64,000 nucleotides of DNA from Candidatus Fimenecus sp. (lineage in GTDB: Bacteria > Bacillota > Clostridia > Oscillospirales > Acutalibacteraceae), in the NCBI GenBank assembly GCA_045594645.1, contig JAZNYY010000043.1, positions 3,562-67,561 of the forward strand, given 5' to 3'. The notes beneath the pieces were generated by a model that had not been told where the DNA came from, made no database searches, and saw only the letters and a program-made list of their open reading frames with translations. Positions 39,203 through 45,816 of the stretch are shown here, piece after piece. Each line of letters starts with the position of its first letter. Within the stretch, counting starts at the first letter, position 1. The position numbers and the translations under genes were made by a program.

Positions 39203-40579
39203 TCAGTTCTCCCCCTTTGATTTTAAAGCATTTTTGATTTTCGCAACAACACTTGTGGCATAAAGTTCAAAATAAATTACGATATTTCGGCTCTTGTCTG
39301 CATTTTTGCTGACCGCATTTGCCAACTCGTCATAATTCTCAAATAAAATGAATTTTGATGTGTCGAGCCCCTTGATTTCAAGACACTGTGCCAAGTCATA
39401 GCAACGGGAGCCGCCAATATAGATACTCTTGATTTTTTCACTCTCAAGAGGTGCAAAATCGGTATCGTAAAGCCAAGAAATATCCTCGTGACCGTGCACC
39501 TTATCGTTGCTGTCTGTGATAAGCAAAACCACATCTTTTTCGGTTTCTGTACTGTTAAGATATTTAAGACTTTGCGAGCAGGATATGGGGTTTTGGTTCT
39601 TTGAAAGCATTGAAACTACTTGGGCACCGCCGAATTTATTCTCTTGAAAACGACCTGTTTTTGACGATAAATCCTCAATACTTGAAGCGATTATGTCAAT
39701 GTCAATGCCTAAAAGTCGGCAGATTGCAACTGCTCCCGTAATGTTGAAAACATTAAAGAAATTGCCCTTTTGGAATGGTAAAACAAGGCTTTCGCCCTTG
39801 TCACCATTGAATACAAATGTGCCGTTTTCAAAATCAACATCGGACGCGAAATAACGGCTTTCGGGCATAGAAAATCCACAATGAGAGCATTTTGGCACAC
39901 CGATATGATTATAATGGAAAAATTCATAATCAAGAATATGATTGCATTTTGGGCAAGCGATTAAATCACAAACTGTATCCTCACACTTTTCGGTGCTTCT
40001 TTCAGTTCTATTTACAGTGAAAAATACGCGGTTGCATTTTTCTTCACCCAAAAGTCCCGAAATTGCATCATTTCCGTTGAGAACAAGAGTTGTTTTATCA
40101 CTTAAATAATCATTAATTTTATCAAAAATAAACCCACTGTGACCGTTGCGCATAATGGAGTCGCGGAACAAGTTTGTGCAAAGAATATAGTCAGGTACGA
40201 ACTTTGTATAAATAAACTGTGATGAACGCTCGTCCACCTCTAAAACGGCAACATCAGCAGTAACCTTACCGCCAAGAGTACATTGAGTAACAAGCGCCGA
40301 GGCAAGACCGGGCGCCATATTTGAGCCCTTTGAGTTATTCACAACAGTTTTACCGCTGTTGCGGATAATATGAGTAAGTAAATTTGATGTACCCGTTTTA
40401 CCGTTTGTACCCGTTACGCACACTGTAGTTTCGGGCATAACAAAACGAGCCAATGCATCGGGGCAAATTTTAAGCATAATTATACCCGGTGTGTTTGTAC
40501 CGCGTTTAAATATTTTATCAAGCAAAAATGCTGAAAGCTTACCCACTATAACGGCAATTAAAAATCTGATTTTTCCCAT
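39203..40579 (-). CDS. murT: Lipid II isoglutaminyl synthase, Mur-ligase subunit MurT
   Basis: The Mur-ligase P-loop VTGTNGKTGTS, the Cys4 ribbon CPKCN..CSHCG, and a DUF1727-like C-terminus (DISWLYDTDF) are present. The ATG at 40579 lies 1 nt after the upstream stop. Confidence 0.85.
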   Translation of the reverse strand: MGKIRFLIAVIVGKLSAFLLDKIFKRGTNTPGIIMLKICPDALARFVMPETTVCVTGTNGKTGTSNLLTHIIRNSGKTVVNNSKGSNMAPGLASALVTQCTLGGKVTADVAVLEVDERSSQFIYTKFVPDYILCTNLFRDSIMRNGHSGFIFDKINDYLSDKTTLVLNGNDAISGLLGEEKCNRVFFTVNRTERSTEKCEDTVCDLIACPKCNHILDYEFFHYNHIGVPKCSHCGFSMPESRYFASDVDFENGTFVFNGDKGESLVLPFQKGNFFNVFNITGAVAICRLLGIDIDIIASSIEDLSSKTGRFQENKFGGAQVVSMLSKNQNPISCSQSLKYLNSTETEKDVVLLITDSNDKVHGHEDISWLYDTDFAPLESEKIKSIYIGGSRCYDLAQCLEIKGLDTSKFILFENYDELANAVSKNADKSRNIVIYFELYATSVVAKIKNALKSKGEN

Positions 40580-40580
40580 T

Positions 40581-41117
40581 TTATTCTTCCTTTTCTTCTT
40601 GCTTTTTAACAAGCCTTGAAAGATAATATATATTTTTCTGCGAGTTATTTATAAGCTCAGCAAAACCTTTTATTGCGAGCGATAAGGCAACTCCCAATCC
40701 CGCAATTGCTAATCCGCCGACTACACCAACAATATCCCTGCCCATAGGGAACATCATATAAACAGCAAAAGCAATACCACCTGCAACACCTGAAGCCAAC
40801 AGTATAACTGACGCTAAAAGTATCGTATTAGCAACCGGTGATGAGGGCATCTCATTATTATTTATTTCAGTTGTTTCTTCATCATCAACGGTGTTATTTT
40901 TATCTTTTAAATCTTGTTCTTCAATCTGCTGATTTTGTGCTTCAAGCTCTTTCTGTGCCTGCACCATTTCATAAATGGGATTATATTTTCTGCATGTCAC
41001 GCAGTTTTCAGTATCTTCCCAACATTCTTTATGATAGATTTCCCAGCAATGAGGGCACTCAACCAAATCGGCTTCATTTATTTTTTCATTACATTTAGCG
41101 CATATAAGATTATCCAT
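40581..41117 (-). CDS. Membrane-anchored zinc-finger protein (four CxxC/HxxC knuckles, RING/PHD-like)
   Basis: The N-terminus is CAKC-x13-CPHC-x5-HKEC-x7-CVTC. It is followed by a coiled/acidic linker, 2-3 TM helices, and a KKQEEKEE tail. Confidence 0.5.
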   Translation of the reverse strand: MDNLICAKCNEKINEADLVECPHCWEIYHKECWEDTENCVTCRKYNPIYEMVQAQKELEAQNQQIEEQDLKDKNNTVDDEETTEINNNEMPSSPVANTILLASVILLASGVAGGIAFAVYMMFPMGRDIVGVVGGLAIAGLGVALSLAIKGFAELINNSQKNIYYLSRLVKKQEEKEE

Positions 41118-41189
41118 ATTATCGCCCCTTTATATGAATAATTATAAAATTTGCAGAGTTTAAAGTCAATATGAAAATAAAAAAGAAAA

Positions 41190-41257
41190 GTCATTCTGAG
41201 AAACGAAGTGACGAAGAATCTCAAAAGCACGAAATTCTTCGCTTCGCTCAGAATGAC
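41190..41257 (-). terminator. Palindromic 'gtcattctgag...ctcagaatgac' repeat acting as hppA terminator
   Basis: This is a 68-nt imperfect hairpin. On the minus strand it is followed by a TTTTCTTTTTT run, immediately downstream of the hppA stop. Confidence 0.6.
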
Positions 41258-41272
41258 AAAACAATACTTTAA

Positions 41273-43357
41273 TTAAAGAATACTGAAATTCACAACAAGT
41301 GCCGCGAATACGATTGAAACCATTGAAAGAAGCTTGATGAGGATATTGATTGCGGGGCCCGATGTATCTTTGAACGGGTCGCCTACTGTATCGCCCACAA
41401 CCGCTGCCTTATGCTGTTCACTACCCTTACCGCCGTGAACACCTGATTCAATATATTTCTTTGCATTATCCCAAGCACCGCCTGAGTTTGACATATAAAC
41501 CGCCATTAAGAAGCCTGTAACGGTTGCGCCTGCAAGCATACCCACAACGCCCTTATAGCCAAGCACAATACCTACAACAATCGGAACTGCGATTGCAATA
41601 ACTGTTGGGAGCACCATTTCACGAAGGCTTGCCCTTGTGCAAAGGTCAACGCAAGAAGCGTAGTCGGGCTCTGCTTCACCCTCCATAAGACCTGTGATTT
41701 CTTTAAACTGACGGCGAACCTCTTTAACAACGCTCTGTGCCGCTTTGCCCACAGAATCCATTGTAAGTGCCGCAAACACAAAGGGAAGGCACGCACCCAC
41801 GAAAAGTCCGATAAGAACTACGGGATTGATAATATCAAAGCTTAAATCTGCATTGGGATTAATTGACTTAACCTTGTCAACATAAGATGCAATAAGAGCT
41901 AAAGCTGTGAGAGCCGCTGAACCGATTGCAAATCCCTTGCCCGTTGCGGCAGTTGTATTGCCGAGAGCGTCAAGAGCGTCTGTGCGTTCTCTTACCTCAG
42001 GCTCAAGCCCTGCCATTTCGGCAATACCGCCCGCGTTATCAGCAACGGGGCCGTAAGCATCTGTAGCCAAAGTAATGCCGAGAGTTGAAAGCATACCAAC
42101 CGCAGAAAGTGCAATACCGTAAAGTCCCATTGAAGCACTCTCGCCACCGCCCGATACAAAGTAAGAAACAAGAACACTGACTGCAACAATCACGATTGGC
42201 ATTGCAGTTGATTTCATACCGAGACCAAGTCCGCCAATAATGATTGTGGCTGAGCCTGTTTCAGAAGTTGAAGCCAATTTTTTTGTGGGCTTGTAGCTGT
42301 CAGATGTATAGTATTCAGTCGATTTACCGATAAGCACGCCCGCTAAAAGTCCCGAAACAATAGCAACATAAAGACCAAGATTTTCTTTTCCGAGTACAAG
42401 CCATACAACAGGCAGAGCAATAATTGCAATTGCAATTGCACTCAAATTCGTACCACGGCTGAGTGCTTTAAGAAGCTGTTTCTGGTCAATGCTTTCGCCT
42501 GTACGCACAAAGAATGTACCCACAATTGACATTACAATACCGAGCGCCGCCAAAAGCATTGGCACTGCCATTGCATTAAAGCTACCGTGGAATGCAGAAA
42601 CACCAAGGGCTGCCGCTGAAATTACCGAGCTTACATACGATTCATAAAGGTCTGCACCCATACCTGCAACATCGCCAACATTGTCGCCAACATTATCGGC
42701 AATAACGGCGGGGTTACGGGGGTCATCCTCGGGAATTCCTGCCTCAACCTTACCAACAAGGTCCGCACCTACATCTGCCGCCTTGGTGAAGATACCGCCA
42801 CCTACACGAGCAAAAAGCGCCATTGAAGACGCACCCATACCGAATGTGAGCATTGTGCTTGTGATTGTTGCGGGGTCATTAATACCGAAAACAAATCTTA
42901 AAAGCAAGAACCAGATTGAAATATCAAGAAGTCCGAGTCCTACAACGGTAAAGCCCATAACGGAGCCTGCAGAGAATGCCACACGCAAGCCTCTGTTCAA
43001 GCCCTCGCGACAAGCGTTTGCTGTTCTCGCATTTGAGAACGTTGCAATTTTCATACCTACAAAGCCTGAAAGTCCTGAAAAAAATCCGCCCGTGATAAAG
43101 GCAAAGGGCACATACCAAGTGAGAAGCCCCGCCAATGCCATACCGCAGAGAATTAGGAACATTCCGCCAAATAATATTGAAACCACCGTATACTGACGCT
43201 TTAAATACGCATTTGCACCTTTACGGATTGACTGCGAGATTTTTTGCATTTTTTCTGTACCCTCTGAAAATTTTAGCACCTTTTTTGCAGTGAACAACGC
43301 AAATAAAAGTGCCAATACCGAGCCTACGAATGTGAGCAAAACAAGATATTTTTCCAC
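41273..43357 (-). CDS. hppA: Membrane-bound cation-translocating pyrophosphatase (K+-dependent type)
   Basis: 694 aa with about 16 TM helices. The motifs GGGIFTKAADVGADLVGK, DNVGDNVGD and GNTTAATGKGFAIGSA are present; Ala rather than Lys in GNTTAA marks the K+-dependent clade. Confidence 0.95.
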   Translation of the reverse strand: MEKYLVLLTFVGSVLALLFALFTAKKVLKFSEGTEKMQKISQSIRKGANAYLKRQYTVVSILFGGMFLILCGMALAGLLTWYVPFAFITGGFFSGLSGFVGMKIATFSNARTANACREGLNRGLRVAFSAGSVMGFTVVGLGLLDISIWFLLLRFVFGINDPATITSTMLTFGMGASSMALFARVGGGIFTKAADVGADLVGKVEAGIPEDDPRNPAVIADNVGDNVGDVAGMGADLYESYVSSVISAAALGVSAFHGSFNAMAVPMLLAALGIVMSIVGTFFVRTGESIDQKQLLKALSRGTNLSAIAIAIIALPVVWLVLGKENLGLYVAIVSGLLAGVLIGKSTEYYTSDSYKPTKKLASTSETGSATIIIGGLGLGMKSTAMPIVIVAVSVLVSYFVSGGGESASMGLYGIALSAVGMLSTLGITLATDAYGPVADNAGGIAEMAGLEPEVRERTDALDALGNTTAATGKGFAIGSAALTALALIASYVDKVKSINPNADLSFDIINPVVLIGLFVGACLPFVFAALTMDSVGKAAQSVVKEVRRQFKEITGLMEGEAEPDYASCVDLCTRASLREMVLPTVIAIAVPIVVGIVLGYKGVVGMLAGATVTGFLMAVYMSNSGGAWDNAKKYIESGVHGGKGSEQHKAAVVGDTVGDPFKDTSGPAINILIKLLSMVSIVFAALVVNFSIL

Positions 43358-43553
43358 ACTACTATCTCCTTTAATTAAAATGTATAGGTATAATTATATA
43401 CTTTGCCGAAAGATTGTCAACCATTTAACAATTATTTTACGCAAGTTTGTGAAATTTAAACAAATAAAAATTGCACTACTCCCCTAATAATGTGTCAAAT
43501 TTTAGCGAAAAATGAAGTTTTGTCATGTGTTTCCTGCATTTTATATAAAAACA

Positions 43554-43590
43554 GTTAGTGTGCCTCATTTGTTTAAAGAGGCACACTAAC
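43554..43590 (-). terminator. Intrinsic terminator after the repeat-protein gene
   Basis: A 13-bp stem pairs gttagtgtgcctc with gaggcacactaac. On the minus strand it is followed by TGTTTTTA. Confidence 0.7.
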
Positions 43591-43613
43591 TATACATCGC
43601 AAATAGTAACACC

Positions 43614-44003
43614 CTATTTTGTTTTCTGTAACTTCTTCTTTCTATAATATTCTTTATAGTATTGCTTTCGTTTTTCGTGAATATCAGGGTTTTCTTCATA
43701 ATATCTTTTCTGATATTCTGCCAGTTTTTCTTTGTTTTCAGCTTGATATACCTTTTGATACTCTGCAAGCTCCGCTTTGTGCTCACTGCGGTATTTTTTC
43801 TGATATTCTCTCACCTTTTGAGGTGCTTCGCTATTTTCTGCAAGGTATTTTTTACCTCTCTTTGCGTATTCCTCTTTATGCTCGGCATAATACTTTTGCT
43901 TGTACTTTTTCACTTGCTCACGATGCTCTGAATACCATTTTCTTTGATACTCCCGCCGTTTTTCTTTAAGCTGCAATTCGGTTCCTGCAATTTTCTGTGG
44001 CAC
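43614..44003 (-). CDS. Highly basic tandem-repeat protein (about seven ~15-aa Y-x3-Y-x-E-[HN]-K-E repeats)
   Basis: A GTG start at 44003 lies 8 nt after the RBS GGTGGAG. The ORF-track N-terminal extension (44004-44105) covers the promoter and operators. Repeats include YQRKWYSEHREQ, YKQKYYAEHKEE, YQKKYRSEHKAE, YQKVYQAENKEK and YQKRYYEENPD. Confidence 0.6.
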   Translation of the reverse strand: MPQKIAGTELQLKEKRREYQRKWYSEHREQVKKYKQKYYAEHKEEYAKRGKKYLAENSEAPQKVREYQKKYRSEHKAELAEYQKVYQAENKEKLAEYQKRYYEENPDIHEKRKQYYKEYYRKKKLQKTK

Positions 44004-44037
44004 AATTACCACTCCACCTATAGATACATACAAATTG

Positions 44038-44114
44038 GTAAACAAATTGTTTACTTTGATAATTATAGTAAACAGATTGTTTATTGTCAAGTAGAAAGTA
44101 AACATTTTGTTGTA
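44038..44114. promoter_or_regulatory. Three 17-bp operator repeats with exact 30-bp phasing
   Basis: O1 at 44038-44054 is gtaaacaaattgtttac, a perfect palindrome. O2 at 44068-44084 is gtaaacagattgtttat. O3 at 44098-44114 is gtaaacattttgttgta. Confidence 0.75.
44062..44090 (-). promoter_or_regulatory. Consensus sigma-A promoter for the repeat-protein gene (TTGACA-17-TATAAT)
   Basis: On the minus strand the -35 is at 44090-44085 and the -10 at 44067-44062. The 17-nt spacer is exactly operator O2, and O1 covers the expected +1 region. Confidence 0.7.
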
Positions 44115-44139
44115 TGATTGAAACAGAGGAGGGAGCGTT

Positions 44140-44355
44140 ATGGATTACACAAAAAGACTTTATGATTTAAGAACTGACAACGATTACCGGCAAGAAGACA
44201 TTGCCGAATATCTGCAGATAACCAAGCAAGCATATGGAATGTATGAAAACGGCAAAAGAAATCTTTCAATTGATTATCTTATAAAACTGAGCAAATTTTA
44301 CGGTGTTTCTACTGATTTCATCTTGTGCCTCACTGACAATCCTGAAATAAAATAA
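44140..44355 (+). CDS. Small XRE-family (Cro/CI-type) HTH repressor
   Basis: 71 aa reading LRTDNDYRQEDIAEYLQITKQAYGMYENGKR, with no peptidase or dimerisation extension. The RBS GAGGAGGGAG lies upstream. Confidence 0.85.
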   Translation: MDYTKRLYDLRTDNDYRQEDIAEYLQITKQAYGMYENGKRNLSIDYLIKLSKFYGVSTDFILCLTDNPEIK

Positions 44356-44394
44356 AAAACTGACCTGTGAACACACGCAGGTCAGTTCTCTTTT
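44354..44394. terminator. Bidirectional terminator (XRE / holin convergent)
   Basis: aaaaaa-ctgacctg-N10-caggtcag-ttctctttt. Confidence 0.75.
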
Positions 44395-44402
44395 ATATTG
44401 TA

Positions 44403-44648
44403 TTATTCACTTTTTTTAATCTGCTTAACCACCTGATTACCGTAAACCGCCGTACCTGTTACAAGTACACCCTGCACAACACTTTCAGGTGAAAATCCCA
44501 TAATGGCAACAGCCCCAATTATTCCAAAGCCTAAAAGTATAAGCGGAATATATTTATGGGGAATCTTCTCGGTATTTTTAATTATCATACCAATCACATT
44601 AAGCACGGGAATAAGCAAAAGTGCATTTTCTGTTATATATTCAAGCAT
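44403..44648 (-). CDS. Phage holin (2-TM, Hol118/phage_holin_5-like)
   Basis: 81 aa from MLEYITENALLLIPVLNVIGMIIKNTEKIPHKYIPLILLGFGIIGAV.. to a charged C-terminus KQIKKSE. The RBS is GGAGGAA. Confidence 0.75.
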   Translation of the reverse strand: MLEYITENALLLIPVLNVIGMIIKNTEKIPHKYIPLILLGFGIIGAVAIMGFSPESVVQGVLVTGTAVYGNQVVKQIKKSE

Positions 44649-44662
44649 TTTGTTCCTCCAAA

Positions 44663-44920
44663 TTATGACACGAGAGAACTCACAAGCACACCGCAAAGAG
44701 CCGCTATAAGTGCCACAACAGCCTTATCCCAAAGCCAGCCCGGACGCTTTTTCAAAGTCTCAATGCTCTCTTTGAGTTCCCCCAAGGTAACAAGCATACT
44801 GTCAAGCTTGGTAGTGCTTGTAACCTGTTCAAGTGTCACATCATTCACTTTTTTATAAAGAATTTTCACATCGGCTTCAATGGCATCAACGCGATGATTA
44901 AGAATTTCGTTTTCAGTCAT
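44663..44920 (-). CDS. xhlA: XhlA-family phage lysis accessory protein
   Basis: 85 aa with an N-terminal coiled coil (HRVDAIEADVKILYKKVNDV), RPGWLWDK, and a single C-terminal TM helix, matching the PBSX XhlA architecture. It overlaps the lysin stop by 8 nt. Confidence 0.75.
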   Translation of the reverse strand: MTENEILNHRVDAIEADVKILYKKVNDVTLEQVTSTTKLDSMLVTLGELKESIETLKKRPGWLWDKAVVALIAALCGVLVSSLVS

Positions 44921-45794
44921 TAACTACACCCTTTTTAATATCATCACGATGAACAAACCCCGTTACATATTTGCCGATGGGCTTGCGCTCAACATTTTTG
45001 AGAGAATTTGTAACTCTGTATCTTGCCTCAAAATAAATTCCGTCATAAATATAATAAGTACCGCTGATATAGTTTGAGACCTTGTCGGTATAAGCACTTG
45101 AATAAAGTCTTGCATTTTTAAGCACGACCTTCTGCCCTGCCGCAAAGCCTCTCTTGGGCGGTGTTGCCTCAATCTCAGCACCATAGCCGTTAAGACCGTT
45201 ATATTTCATAATTGCAGGGTAATTTTTGTATGACTCATCAAGGTCAACGCGACCTTCAATGCCGTCCACATTACCCTTTGAGGATTTCTGCCATATTCCG
45301 TAAGGCTTTTGGAATGTTGGTTTATCGCTCCACTGAGCAAGCCAGATATCGTATTTTTCAAAAATCTCGTCGGTGAAATAATTTTCAAGCCAATGCTTGT
45401 TAGCATAAATGCACACGTAGTAGCCATAAGACTCCATTTTTTCACAAAATGCCTTTGCTATTGCCGAAATCTTCTCCTTACCCAGCTCAGCAATTTTGCT
45501 ATATTCCATATCATAAGCAATTGGGTATTCAAACTTTTTACCCTTAAGCTTTGAGTGACAATGCTCTGCCTCTGCAACAGCCTCTTCGGGTGTTAAAGCA
45601 TATGCAAAATGATAGGCACCAACGGCGATACCCACCTTGCGAGCCGCAGGATAATTCGTTCTGAAATACAAATCAAACCCCTTTGTACCATAAGTTGCAC
45701 GAAGCATTGCAAACTGAATTCCCGCATTGCGTACAAGCGACCAGTTAATATCGCCCTGCCAGCGAGATACATCTATTCCTTTATATACAGCCAT
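44913..45794 (-). CDS. GH25 muramidase endolysin with C-terminal SH3b-like wall-binding domain
   Basis: It starts MAVYKGIDVSRWQGDINW, has the D-x-E region IAYDMEYS, and carries a C-terminal SH3b-like segment (GQKVVLKNARLYSSAY..YYIYDG). There is no signal peptide. Confidence 0.9.
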   Translation of the reverse strand: MAVYKGIDVSRWQGDINWSLVRNAGIQFAMLRATYGTKGFDLYFRTNYPAARKVGIAVGAYHFAYALTPEEAVAEAEHCHSKLKGKKFEYPIAYDMEYSKIAELGKEKISAIAKAFCEKMESYGYYVCIYANKHWLENYFTDEIFEKYDIWLAQWSDKPTFQKPYGIWQKSSKGNVDGIEGRVDLDESYKNYPAIMKYNGLNGYGAEIEATPPKRGFAAGQKVVLKNARLYSSAYTDKVSNYISGTYYIYDGIYFEARYRVTNSLKNVERKPIGKYVTGFVHRDDIKKGVVND

Positions 45795-45816
45795 AATATC
45801 AACTCCTTTATTTTTA

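Noticed and set aside
43619-43969. Plus-strand ORFs of 116 aa and 89 aa antisense to the repeat-protein gene.
   Set aside because: These are shadow ORFs created by the low-complexity repeat coding sequence. They have no RBS, and their Phe/Leu-rich composition is typical of antisense frames.
44004-44105. ATG-initiated 34-aa N-terminal extension of the repeat protein (MFTFYLTINNLFTIIIKVNNLF...).
   Set aside because: This stretch is the divergent promoter and operator region, and the 'NNLFT' repeats are simply the translated operators. The GTG at 44003 with a GGTGGAG RBS is the plausible start.
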